Of a DNA stretch of 64,000 bases, positions 9,130 to 18,319 are shown piece after piece (the stretch's first letter is position 1; each line of letters starts with the position of its first letter). The notes below the pieces were generated by a model. The model had not been told where the DNA came from, ran no database searches, and was given only the letters and a program-made list of their open reading frames with translations. Source of the stretch: Candidatus Nanohalarchaeota archaeon (GTDB lineage: Archaea > Nanohalarchaeota > Nanosalinia > Nanosalinales > Nanoanaerosalinaceae); the NCBI GenBank assembly GCA_022729255.1, contig JALDAG010000001.1:2391-66390 (forward strand). Direction: 5' to 3'. The position numbers were made by a program, and so were the translations under genes.

Positions 9130-10317
9130 ATGAAAGCTATAATACTTGCAGCGGGAAACGGCACCAGGATGACACCTCTTGCAGAAAAAATCCCTAAACC
9201 TCTACTAAAGGTCGGAGGCAAACCGATTATAGAGTACAATATCGACAACATAAGAGATCACGTGGATGAGATAATAATCGTTGCGGGTTACAAGAAGGAT
9301 ATCATAGAAGAGAGATACGGAAAAGATGAAAAGATAAAAATCGTTGAACAAGATCCTCCTCTAGGGACCGCAGATGCAGCTCTAAAAGCCGAAAAATTTA
9401 TTGAGGACACCGTTGTCATAATGAACGGAGACGATATATATGGGAAAGATGTTTCTAAACTTAAAAATTATGAAAGAGCGTTTTTAGTAGCTGAATCCGA
9501 TACACCTGAAAAATTCGGTGTTTTTGAGAAAAAAGGTAAAAAAATAGTGGGTATAAGGGAAAAACCGGAAAATCCTCCGTCCAACCTGGTAAATGTGGGT
9601 TGTTTCAAAGTCTGCAAAAATTTCTTCGATCATCTAAAAAAAGTTGAGAAATCAGAGAGAGGAGAGTACGAGATAACCGATGCAATGCAGGAATATCTGG
9701 AGAAAGAGGAAATAGGATTTGTAAAGACTGATACTTGGTACCCATGTAGCTATCCATGGCAGCTTTTAGATGCTAATGAAAGTATTCTTGAGAATGTTGA
9801 AAGAGATATAGGAGGAGAAGTATCGGAATCGGCTGTGATAAAAGGAGAAGTTTTAGTGGAAAAAGGAGCTAAGATACTGGAAAACACGGTTATCCAGGGA
9901 CCAGCAATAATAAAGAAAGGATGTGAGATAGGTCCAATGGCACACATAAGACCTTTCACCGTTATAGAAGAAAACGTCAAAGTATCCAAATCCGAGGTCA
10001 AAAATTCTGTTGTGTGTGAGGGTGCAGCACTTCCCCATTTCAATTACGTTGGTGATTCATATATTGGTAGAAATGTGAACTTCGGTGCAGGATCTATAAC
10101 AGCTAACCTGAGAAACGATGGTAAAAACGTCAAGGTTAAGGTGAAAGGGGAACTTCTTGAAACAGGTAGAAAGAAGTTGGGTGCATTTGTCGGTTCAGAT
10201 ACAAAGATAGGTGTTAATTGTACTTTGAATCCTGGTGTAAAATTAGGTGCTGACGTCATCACTGATTCAAACATGAGGATAAAGAGAGATGTAGGTAACG
10301 GAGAAGTTATTAAATGA
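9130..10317 (+). CDS. glmU: Bifunctional sugar-1-phosphate nucleotidylyltransferase/acetyltransferase (archaeal GlmU-like)
   Basis: 395 aa. N-terminus 'MKAIILAAGNGTRMTPLAEKIPKPLLKVGGKPII'. The C-terminal half is a left-handed beta-helix hexapeptide repeat region. Confidence 0.75.
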   Translation: MKAIILAAGNGTRMTPLAEKIPKPLLKVGGKPIIEYNIDNIRDHVDEIIIVAGYKKDIIEERYGKDEKIKIVEQDPPLGTADAALKAEKFIEDTVVIMNGDDIYGKDVSKLKNYERAFLVAESDTPEKFGVFEKKGKKIVGIREKPENPPSNLVNVGCFKVCKNFFDHLKKVEKSERGEYEITDAMQEYLEKEEIGFVKTDTWYPCSYPWQLLDANESILENVERDIGGEVSESAVIKGEVLVEKGAKILENTVIQGPAIIKKGCEIGPMAHIRPFTVIEENVKVSKSEVKNSVVCEGAALPHFNYVGDSYIGRNVNFGAGSITANLRNDGKNVKVKVKGELLETGRKKLGAFVGSDTKIGVNCTLNPGVKLGADVITDSNMRIKRDVGNGEVIK

Positions 10318-10832
10318 AGCTAGGACTAGATTTTGATGGGGTATTATTCAACACGAAACTTCTTAAAAAAAAGCTTGAGGAAAGATATGATTGTTTCATG
10401 GAAAGCTACCATGAAAACAAAAAAGAAAGTGTATACAACAGTATTTATGATTTTCGTGGGCAGTGCAAAGACATGAACGTGGATTCCAAAGAGTTCCTTG
10501 AAACGGTTAAAGATTTATCGAAGGACTGTCTATATGACGATGTTGACAAGTTGAACGACATAGGGTTAGAGAAAGTTATAATAACAAGAGGTAAGAGAGA
10601 TTTCCAGAAGGCTAAGATTGAAGGCTCCGGTATATTGGATTACGTGGATGATTACAGGATAGTCGACGGAAATTATTCCAAAAACTTTGAGGACATAGAC
10701 ATACTTATCGATGATACACTGAATGAACTCTATGGTTTTAAAGGGAAAAAAATACATTTCGACCGTGAAGAAGCTGATCTAGAGCTTTTGATAGATACCT
10801 TAGAAAGTTTCAAGTACATAACAACAGTCTAA
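10314..10832 (+). CDS. HAD-superfamily-like small hydrolase (tentative)
   Basis: 172 aa. 'LGLDFDGVLFNT' resembles HAD motif I (DxDG). It overlaps the glmU stop by 4 nt (operon). Confidence 0.45.
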   Translation: MKLGLDFDGVLFNTKLLKKKLEERYDCFMESYHENKKESVYNSIYDFRGQCKDMNVDSKEFLETVKDLSKDCLYDDVDKLNDIGLEKVIITRGKRDFQKAKIEGSGILDYVDDYRIVDGNYSKNFEDIDILIDDTLNELYGFKGKKIHFDREEADLELLIDTLESFKYITTV

Positions 10833-10839
10833 TAAAAAA

Positions 10840-12135
10840 ATGGATCCGAGAAAAGTATTCAAAAGGTATGATATAAGAGGAGAGTATCCTAGAGAAATCG
10901 ACGATAGTTTTTCTGAGAAAATAGGTAGGGCTACCGGTACTTTCGCATTAAATAAAGGTGTGAACAAAGTTATAGTTTCAAGGGATAACAGAGAATCATC
11001 TAAAAAAGCAAAAAAAGCTCTTTTAGAAGGATTAAGGTATACAGGAGTTAATATAATTGATATTGGTGAAGGACCTACTGACAGATTGGCTATGGGCGCT
11101 AAAATGCATGGTGCTATAGGGGTACAGGTAACGGCATCACACTTGTCATGGGACAAAACAGGTTTCAAGATGGTTTACAAGGAAGGAAACGGATTCAGCA
11201 ACGATGACATGGATAAAATAAAAGAAATATTTCTTGAAAAAGATTTTGTTGACAGAGGAGAAAGCTTTGAAATAGATAACTCTTTTGAATTCGACGAGAC
11301 TTATGAAGAAGAATTATTGGATTATTTAGGGGACAAAAAGGGAGGTAATAGAAAAGTAGTGATTGAGTGTTGTAGAGGAACAGCAAAGCGCTTCGCACCT
11401 AAAATTTTTGAAAAACTCGGTTTCAAAGTAATTGAAGTAGAAAAAGAAGATGTTGATCCCTATCCTAGAAAAAGTAACAGAAAATTTGTCGAAGAAAAAG
11501 TTAAAGAATCAGGTGCAATACTTGGGATAGGTTTTGATCCTGACGCTGATCGTGTATATATCATACATCCAGAAAAAGGATGGATAGATGGAAATCATGT
11601 CATTTACTGTCTAATAAAAATGACCGAAGCTGAAAAGGTCGCATTATCAGTCGATACATCCTACATAGTTGAAGAAACAGGTGTAGATATCCGGTATTCA
11701 AGGGTTGGAGACATATTCGTATCCGAACTTGGGTTGGAAATGGAAGCTGATATCCTGGGTGAACCCAACGGACACTACGCTCTCACAGATTTCTGCTGGT
11801 ACAATTCAGGGATAATGGTTGGGGCCTACATCGCTAATAATGAAGAAGAGTTCTCGAATATTCTGGAGGAAATACCTGAGAATTACACTGCAAACCGTGA
11901 TTTAAAAACAACAGGAAAAGCTGCGAAGATGAGAAAGATGGAGAAAGCTGTAAAACATGTTGCAAAAAATTTCAATGTTTTGAACAATATTGACGGTATC
12001 AAGTTTGAGGGTGAAGGTTTTACCGCTTTGATTAGGTCTTCTGGTACCAGTAACAAGATAAGGATAACGGTTAACGGTGGAGAAAAATCTAGGGTTGAAG
12101 AGATTTCGGATATATTTTACAAGTTGCTTTCCTGA
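10840..12135 (+). CDS. Alpha-D-phosphohexomutase (phosphoglucosamine/phosphomanno/phosphogluco-mutase family)
   Basis: 431 aa. Active-site loop 'VTASHLSWDKTGFK' and metal loop 'GFDPDADR'. Lies in a glmU context. Confidence 0.8.
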   Translation: MDPRKVFKRYDIRGEYPREIDDSFSEKIGRATGTFALNKGVNKVIVSRDNRESSKKAKKALLEGLRYTGVNIIDIGEGPTDRLAMGAKMHGAIGVQVTASHLSWDKTGFKMVYKEGNGFSNDDMDKIKEIFLEKDFVDRGESFEIDNSFEFDETYEEELLDYLGDKKGGNRKVVIECCRGTAKRFAPKIFEKLGFKVIEVEKEDVDPYPRKSNRKFVEEKVKESGAILGIGFDPDADRVYIIHPEKGWIDGNHVIYCLIKMTEAEKVALSVDTSYIVEETGVDIRYSRVGDIFVSELGLEMEADILGEPNGHYALTDFCWYNSGIMVGAYIANNEEEFSNILEEIPENYTANRDLKTTGKAAKMRKMEKAVKHVAKNFNVLNNIDGIKFEGEGFTALIRSSGTSNKIRITVNGGEKSRVEEISDIFYKLLS

Positions 12136-13001
12136 TTTCTTATATAGTGAAACAGGTATTCCTGAGCGTACCCAACTTTTTTCTCTCCAAAATAATCTCT
12201 AAAGTTGTCACCAAGCCTTAAATAGTTCTTGTCGTATTTTTCAGGGTAATACTTCTTTACAGCTTTTTTGATCCATGTATCAACTGGAAAAGCTTCAAGT
12301 TTGCCAACTCCGAAGAGAAGAACACAGTCAGCGACCTTGTTGCCAACCCCAAAAAGTTTTTTGATCTCTCCATGAGCTTCCCTGTAATCCATTTTGAACA
12401 GTTTTTCCGGCACAACCAAACCATCTAAAATCTGTTTCACAGTTCTGACTACATATTTCGCTCTGTAACCTATACCTAAATCTCTTAAATCTTCTTCTGA
12501 AGCTTTTGAAAGCTGTTCCACATTTGGAAACTGCAAAAATGTTCTACCATCAACGTTTATCTTATCACCATAACGTTCTGCAATCCCATTAAACATCTTC
12601 TTAATCCTGGGGATCCTCATTTGAGGACTACAAAGATACGATATCAGGCAAGGAAAAAAATCGTCTTTCAACAACCTAAGACCCTTATAGCTGTCAAGAG
12701 CCTTGTCAAGTATCTCATCCTTACCTCTTAAACCTTCTTTTATGTCTCTTAAAGAATCGTTTAAATAAAATCTCTTCTCAATCTGTTCTTCCATTCCTCC
12801 TGTAGCTTTGTAGAACAATTTATCATCTTCCTGCCAAAGAATTAGAACGTTACCATTTGATGTGGTGAAATACTTGTTTCCTTCACCATCATAAAGCGTT
12901 CCCTCTGAAAGTCTGTACCAAGAAAATGTTTGGCCGACTTCTAGAGTGGTTTCTAAATCCAGTTCGTCCCTTGAAATATTTAGGTAGCCTTCATCCATCA
13001 A
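12117..13001 (-). CDS. ogg: 8-oxoguanine DNA glycosylase / AP lyase (Ogg, HhH-GPD)
   Basis: 294 aa. OGG_N-like 'LEVGQTFSWYR', HhH 'FGVGNKVADCVLLFG' and catalytic-Asp region 'FPVDTWIKK'. Confidence 0.8.
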   Translation of the reverse strand: MMDEGYLNISRDELDLETTLEVGQTFSWYRLSEGTLYDGEGNKYFTTSNGNVLILWQEDDKLFYKATGGMEEQIEKRFYLNDSLRDIKEGLRGKDEILDKALDSYKGLRLLKDDFFPCLISYLCSPQMRIPRIKKMFNGIAERYGDKINVDGRTFLQFPNVEQLSKASEEDLRDLGIGYRAKYVVRTVKQILDGLVVPEKLFKMDYREAHGEIKKLFGVGNKVADCVLLFGVGKLEAFPVDTWIKKAVKKYYPEKYDKNYLRLGDNFRDYFGEKKVGYAQEYLFHYIRNQESNL

Positions 13002-13034
13002 GAAATTTTATAGTTAACAACACTTTTTAACCTG

Positions 13035-13214
13035 TCACTGGTCACGGTTCTTGAACCTAAAAAAATCATCTCCCTTCTCAGTATCAGGTTTCTTAGAAGC
13101 TTTTTTTGCTTTTCTAGGGTTGTATGTCCTCCCACATCTGTGGCACTTTACTTTTTTTACGGCATTGGATCTTTGCTTGAAACCGCATTCAGGACATACA
13201 TAGTATTGAGCCAT
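13035..13214 (-). CDS. Small zinc-ribbon protein (59 aa; below the ORF-track cutoff)
   Basis: Manual translation: MAQYYVCPECGFKQRSNAVKKVKCHRCGRTYNPRKAKKASKKPDTEKGDDFFRFKNRDQ*. It has CPxC...CxxC and a basic tail, and fills an otherwise empty 250-nt gap. Confidence 0.5.
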   Translation of the reverse strand: MAQYYVCPECGFKQRSNAVKKVKCHRCGRTYNPRKAKKASKKPDTEKGDDFFRFKNRDQ

Positions 13215-13250
13215 GTAAAAATTTGTTGGACAAATCCTTAAACAATTTTC

Positions 13251-13745
13251 CTATTTTTTATCCTCTTTTTTTCTGATGGAAAACATCCTTTCTTGAAAGT
13301 TGAACTCCTCAAGAAGTTTTCTAGAGCAGAGAGGAACCAGTTCCTTCCAACTTTCTTCTTTTCTGGATGCCATCTTTCTTATTATTGTTCCTTGGTATCT
13401 GTCCCTGTCCAAAAATTTTGGTTTTTCAACCTGGTAACCTTCGCTTTCAAAACAACTCTTCGTCCATTCGTTTCCGGAAACTACCCTATCAAAATTTATC
13501 CTTTCCTCGATGTTTCGCACCCATTCTTCGTCTTCTTTTTTATCTGGAACTGGGAAAACATCTATACCTGGGAAACATTTGTGGAGAATCTTTCTTCTCT
13601 CGTTGAACGACAAAGGGTTGTCAAAACTGTTCATCTTCTCTGAGCTTCCCACAACAACAACAGGTTTACACTCTTTTTTTAACTGAGTGATAACGTGTTT
13701 GTGTCCTCTGTGGAATGGTTGAAACCTTCCTATGAACAGTTTTAT
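13251..13745 (-). CDS. nadM: Nicotinamide-nucleotide adenylyltransferase (archaeal NadM type); start codon non-canonical or unresolved
   Basis: The track ORF starts at an internal Met. The upstream in-frame sequence encodes '...ITIKLFIGRFQPFHRGHKHVITQLKKECKPVVVVGSSEKM', which contains the (G)RFQPFHxGH signature. No ATG, GTG or TTG lies between the TPI stop (13767..13769) and this motif. ATA at 13745 sits where the start is expected. Confidence 0.7.
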   Translation of the reverse strand: MKLFIGRFQPFHRGHKHVITQLKKECKPVVVVGSSEKMNSFDNPLSFNERRKILHKCFPGIDVFPVPDKKEDEEWVRNIEERINFDRVVSGNEWTKSCFESEGYQVEKPKFLDRDRYQGTIIRKMASRKEESWKELVPLCSRKLLEEFNFQERMFSIRKKEDKK

Positions 13746-13766
13746 TGTGATGAGTGGATACCTCTC

Positions 13767-14426
13767 TTAAAGATTTTTCAAAAGGTTTTCAACGGCTTCA
13801 TCCTGTTTATCAGCTTTAACCACGCCTGAAGCAACTAAAACACCTTTTGAACCTATTTCAAGGGCTTTTTTCACATCTTTATCTGTTTTTACACCTGCTC
13901 CTGTTAAAACCGGTGTGTCAACTGCTTCAATCACCTCTTTAAGAACTTCGGGCTTTGCTTCTGAGACAGAGATGTTTCCACCTATCAACTCGGGTGGCTC
14001 ATACGCTATGAAATCAGGGTTGAAGGTATCAACTTTTTTAGCCATTTCAACAGAGTCAACACATACCAAAGATGTAATTGAAAGTTCCCTACATCTCTTG
14101 ACAGTTTTCTCTATTTTTTCAATGGTTACTTGATCCTCTGAATGATTTATCAGGGTTCCTGAAGCACCATTATATTTAAGAGTCTCAGGTATATCTTTTC
14201 CTGTGTTTGAACCAAACCTTTCGGAGTCCACGTGTTGTGCATAAATAGGTAGCGATACCTTCTTTGATAACCTAAAAATATCGGTGTTTTGAACCGCTAA
14301 AACAATGTTTTTCCCAGTTTTATTGGCTATCTTCTCGCATTTTTTTGCGAGTTTAACTGCCTTTTCCTTCGACCCTTTCCTATAAGTCTTTAGGTTCACT
14401 ACAAGTGATGGTGTTCTCATAAACAC
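13767..14426 (-). CDS. tpiA: Triosephosphate isomerase, short archaeal type
   Basis: 219 aa. 'VVNLKTY', 'LINHSE', 'IAYEPPELIGG' and 'VLTGAGV'. The length is typical of archaeal TIM. Confidence 0.85.
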   Translation of the reverse strand: MFMRTPSLVVNLKTYRKGSKEKAVKLAKKCEKIANKTGKNIVLAVQNTDIFRLSKKVSLPIYAQHVDSERFGSNTGKDIPETLKYNGASGTLINHSEDQVTIEKIEKTVKRCRELSITSLVCVDSVEMAKKVDTFNPDFIAYEPPELIGGNISVSEAKPEVLKEVIEAVDTPVLTGAGVKTDKDVKKALEIGSKGVLVASGVVKADKQDEAVENLLKNL

Positions 14427-14469
14427 TTTTACTAATCGACAAGTTTTAAATTGTAGGTTTACATCTTAA

Positions 14470-14991
14470 TTGGTTATGGTCACCAGCAGGATACAGAATT
14501 TTTTAGCTGAACTATCAGAGTTTTATATGACAGAGCAGACCATGTTTTTCTTTTTCTTACAGATGGCCGTTATAATACTGATAATAACTGATATGGCTTA
14601 CAGGGATCTCAGCACTATGGAAAAAATATTTTTGTTGGTGATAGTCGTTGTTCTACCAATACCAGGACCTTTTATCTATGCTCTATTCATCATATTTAGA
14701 GAAGAACCTGTAAAAAAGGTTAAGTGTCCTCTATGTAATAGAGATATCGAGGTAACAGACAAATGTCCTGAATGTGGATATGTATTTGTCGAGAAAAAGT
14801 CAGTAAACGATAAAGAACATGTCTGCGGTTGTGGAAAAACTTTTGAGACATGGATAGGTTTAAAGAAACATTCCAAAAGTTGTGAAAAATCTGATAAGTC
14901 TGTTGAAGAAAAAAATAATGTTTGCGAATTATGTGGTAGTTCTTTCGATACTTCTAGAGGTCTCAATATACACAAGAGCAAAAAACACTGA
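14470..14991 (+). CDS. Membrane-anchored zinc-ribbon / C2H2 zinc-finger protein
   Basis: Two TM helices ('LLVIVVVLPIPGPFIYALFIIF', PLDc_N-like) are followed by 'CPLC...CPEC', 'CGCGKTFETWIGLKKHSKSC' and a classical C2H2 'CELCGSSFDTSRGLNIHKSKKH'. TTG start at 14470; alternative ATG at 14476. Confidence 0.6.
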   Translation: MVMVTSRIQNFLAELSEFYMTEQTMFFFFLQMAVIILIITDMAYRDLSTMEKIFLLVIVVVLPIPGPFIYALFIIFREEPVKKVKCPLCNRDIEVTDKCPECGYVFVEKKSVNDKEHVCGCGKTFETWIGLKKHSKSCEKSDKSVEEKNNVCELCGSSFDTSRGLNIHKSKKH

Positions 14992-17295
14992 TCAGAAATA
15001 GTCCATTATGTTCTCCTTGTCAAATACGTTCTCCTGACCGACCTGTTCCTTCAGCTTTTTAGCTGTCTTCCTACCTATAAGTTTTTTAAGCTTAGTGAAA
15101 CCGGTCTCCCTTATATCCGAACTAGTTCTCACACCGTTGTTGTATAATCTACGAGCTCTAACCCTGCCGATCTGTTTGAAACGCACAAGTTTAACTAATT
15201 CTTCTCTAATACCGTGTTTTATCCTTGTTCTCAACTTCCTGATATCTTCTCTCATCTCTTCCCATCCTTTAAGGTTTGAAAGTTCTTCTAAAGAATAAAG
15301 CAGCCAGTCAGCATTGTTTACTTTTGCCCTTATACCTCCTGGTGTTACCCCAAACTTTTCCATCATCCCGTCCTCCTCAACTTCTTCTATCCACGACTGC
15401 AACATTATTGCTGTCTTAAAAGATTCTAGAAAAGACTCGTAGCTAGGATCCCATGGATCCGGAGGTCTTTTGAAAAACTGTTTCTCCTCCCTCCCAATAA
15501 TATCCTCAAGATCCGATATCTCCTTGTTCTTAACCCTTAGCAACGGTTTCATCTCAACCGTTTGACATAACATGTTCAACAACGATAAAGAAGTTGGGGA
15601 ACCTCTTTCTGCCTCCATACAATCTATAAAATGGTAAGCAGTTTCAGGATCTATGTAAAGTTCTGCTATCCTTCTTCCTAACCTTGTTGGTTTAAAACTG
15701 TTGTTTTCAAGTATATGGATGAAATCATAATCCTCAAGTTTTTCCGATATAACCATCAGTTTGTTCTCTATCTCACCTATGTCACCGTACTGATAAGCAT
15801 AAAAAGTCTCAGCAAAAAACGATTTAAGCTGTTCAAAGTTTTCAACAAACCCTGTTGCAATAAGGGAAAGTGTGTGCATCCTCAATACAGGCTCTACTGC
15901 AAGTTTTGAGTAAATGTTTTCAGGTTCTCCAAGTATATATCTGTCACGGATCTCTTTCCTCATTCCCTGGTTCTTTGCAACTGATACCGCCTGTCCCTCT
16001 GAATGATGTTCAGGTCTCCCAGCTCTCCCTGCCATCTGTTTGTATTCAAGTACAGGTATGAAATTTAATCCAGAATCCGTGTATCGCTTAAGATCCCGGA
16101 TAATTATTCTGTATGCAGGCATTGAAACACCAGCTGCGAGTGTGGGTGTCGCAGAAACTGATTTTATAAGGTCTTTTCTGAAAGCCTCTTCAACCATGCT
16201 TCTCTGTTTAGAAGTTAGACCAGCATGGTGAAAAGCAGAACCGTTTTTCACGCATCTTGCAAGTCGTTTACATTGTTTTGTTGGACTTCCAAGAACTTCT
16301 TTCAAATCCTCCGATAACTCTGCAAGCTGTTTTACCTCCTTTCTATCTAAAAACTTTTTACATACTTTTCCAACTTTCTCGGCCTCAGCTTCTGCGCTTT
16401 TTCTTGAATTAACAAAGTTTATGGTCTGTTTTTTTCTTTCTAGAGCATCCTGGAAAAGGTCGAGTGTTGGCTTAGAATTTTCCTTCTTTATCTCCTCTAC
16501 CTCCTTTTCAAGATTTTCCTCTAGTCTTTCCTCCTCCAACTTTTCCGTTCCCCTCTTAAACAAACTATCATTATTAGAACCTATATCCACGTCTTTTTTG
16601 TTCAAGAAAAACTCTATCTTACCATCCCAGTAAACGCCTTCTTTTAGCTCCACTGGTCTGTAATCTGATTCTACAAGTACTGAATCCAACCAATCAGCCA
16701 TTACATCTGAGTTGTTGATGGTTGCTGAAAGACCTAACAACTGAAAATTCATGAGCTCTCTCAACCTTGTAAGTGTTACTTCTAATGTAGGGCCTCTACT
16801 CCTTGAGTTCAAGAGATGTATCTCGTCCTCCACCACTAGATCAACATCTTTTATCCAAGTAGGGTTGTGCCTCAAAACAGCGTCCAGTTTTTCCACAGTC
16901 ATAACTATCAAATCCTTTGAGGACAACTTTGAACCGGAAGAATCCTTGTCACCTATACTTATAGAAACCTTGTAATCCTCTCCAAATAGTTTTTTGTAGT
17001 CCCTGTATTTTTCAGATGCAAGTGCTTTAAGAGGAACAAGGTAAATTGCTTTTTTCCCGGCTTCAAGAACTTTCGATATAGCTAAAGTAGCTATAAGAGT
17101 CTTTCCAGAAGCGGTCGGAGATGAAACAATCATGCTCTTACCTTCCAAAACTCCTTTTTCTACGGCTTGCACCTGAGGGGGGTTGAGATCTCTAATACCT
17201 TTTTCCAAAAGTTTTTGCGAGAGAGATTCAGGTATATCAAGTTCTGTTACTTCCATCGACACACATATCTTTTGTAGAGAATGATTTTTAACCAT
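14992..17295 (-). CDS. hel308: Ski2-like DNA helicase Hel308
   Basis: 767 aa. 'SSPTASGKTLIA' (motif I), 'VVEDEIHLL' (DEIH), 'GLSATINN', 'HHAGL' and C-terminal winged-helix/ratchet/HhH-like regions. The likely start is 'MEVTELD' at 17256. Confidence 0.85.
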   Translation of the reverse strand: MVKNHSLQKICVSMEVTELDIPESLSQKLLEKGIRDLNPPQVQAVEKGVLEGKSMIVSSPTASGKTLIATLAISKVLEAGKKAIYLVPLKALASEKYRDYKKLFGEDYKVSISIGDKDSSGSKLSSKDLIVMTVEKLDAVLRHNPTWIKDVDLVVEDEIHLLNSRSRGPTLEVTLTRLRELMNFQLLGLSATINNSDVMADWLDSVLVESDYRPVELKEGVYWDGKIEFFLNKKDVDIGSNNDSLFKRGTEKLEEERLEENLEKEVEEIKKENSKPTLDLFQDALERKKQTINFVNSRKSAEAEAEKVGKVCKKFLDRKEVKQLAELSEDLKEVLGSPTKQCKRLARCVKNGSAFHHAGLTSKQRSMVEEAFRKDLIKSVSATPTLAAGVSMPAYRIIIRDLKRYTDSGLNFIPVLEYKQMAGRAGRPEHHSEGQAVSVAKNQGMRKEIRDRYILGEPENIYSKLAVEPVLRMHTLSLIATGFVENFEQLKSFFAETFYAYQYGDIGEIENKLMVISEKLEDYDFIHILENNSFKPTRLGRRIAELYIDPETAYHFIDCMEAERGSPTSLSLLNMLCQTVEMKPLLRVKNKEISDLEDIIGREEKQFFKRPPDPWDPSYESFLESFKTAIMLQSWIEEVEEDGMMEKFGVTPGGIRAKVNNADWLLYSLEELSNLKGWEEMREDIRKLRTRIKHGIREELVKLVRFKQIGRVRARRLYNNGVRTSSDIRETGFTKLKKLIGRKTAKKLKEQVGQENVFDKENIMDYF

Positions 17296-17353
17296 AAACG
17301 TTTACAAAATCTTGAGGTGTAACATTTTATTAGGAATTAACTTAACTTTTGTT

Positions 17354-18319
17354 ATGGGAAAAAAAGTTTTAGCTTTTGAGACCGGAGGTTCTACGTTTTT
17401 ATCCGGTATTATAGAAGAGGGATCCTCGAAGATACATGGGTTAAACAAGGAAAAGATTGCTTGTGACAACAAAAATGATTATCTTGAGGAAATTATTTTA
17501 TGTATAAAAGAAACCGTAGAACAGTCCTCTTTCTCATTAAAAGAAATTAATTCAATTGGAGTGGTCTCAGCTGGAAAATGGGATTTCAAAGAAGGAATTG
17601 TCACACCCCCAAACCTCCCTTTTAAAACTCAGCCTTTACCCATAGCCAAAAATATACACGAAAATTTTGGGAGACCTGTTTACATGGAAAACGATGTAAA
17701 TGCAGGGGTACTGGCTGAAATGCTTTTTGGACACGGAAAAAAAACTGATTCAAGGTACATAGGTTACCTGACTATCAGCAGCGGCATAGGTTTTGGTCTA
17801 TACGATAAACAAAAAGAAGAAATTTTCTCAGGGGAGACGGGACAGGCACCAGAGGTAGGCCATAACGTTGTGGAAAAAAACGGTTTGAAATGCGGATGTG
17901 GCGGTAGAGGTCACTGGGAAACTTATGGATCAGGAAACGGTGTTGTTAATATCTACGAAGAACTCCACGGAGAAAATATCTCTGCAAAAAAAATATATGA
18001 AAGAGCTGAAAAAGGAGACGAAAGATTTCTGGAGGTGATCGAAAAAGCAGCTGAATACAACGCAATCGGTGTAGGACAGATAATAAATGCTTATCAACCT
18101 GGTTTAATCGTTTTCGGAGGCACACCTGTTTTCAAATCAAGAAAAATGGTGTTCGGAAAGTTAAAGAAACTGATCGAGGATCCTCCTAGAAAAAACGAGT
18201 ACACCTATATCAGTGAGGAAAAATTACCGGATTTAAGGGTATCTGAATTGGGTGAAAACAATATTTTGCTGGGTGCTGGAGCGATCGCGCTTAAAAAAAT
18301 CGAAGGAAAACGTCTATAA
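17354..18319 (+). CDS. ROK-family sugar kinase (glucokinase-like)
   Basis: 'LAFETGGSTF', 'ENDVNAGVLAE' and the zinc motif 'CGCGGRGHWETYGSGNG'. The ATG at 17354 is preferred over the 17312 extension. Confidence 0.8.
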   Translation: MGKKVLAFETGGSTFLSGIIEEGSSKIHGLNKEKIACDNKNDYLEEIILCIKETVEQSSFSLKEINSIGVVSAGKWDFKEGIVTPPNLPFKTQPLPIAKNIHENFGRPVYMENDVNAGVLAEMLFGHGKKTDSRYIGYLTISSGIGFGLYDKQKEEIFSGETGQAPEVGHNVVEKNGLKCGCGGRGHWETYGSGNGVVNIYEELHGENISAKKIYERAEKGDERFLEVIEKAAEYNAIGVGQIINAYQPGLIVFGGTPVFKSRKMVFGKLKKLIEDPPRKNEYTYISEEKLPDLRVSELGENNILLGAGAIALKKIEGKRL

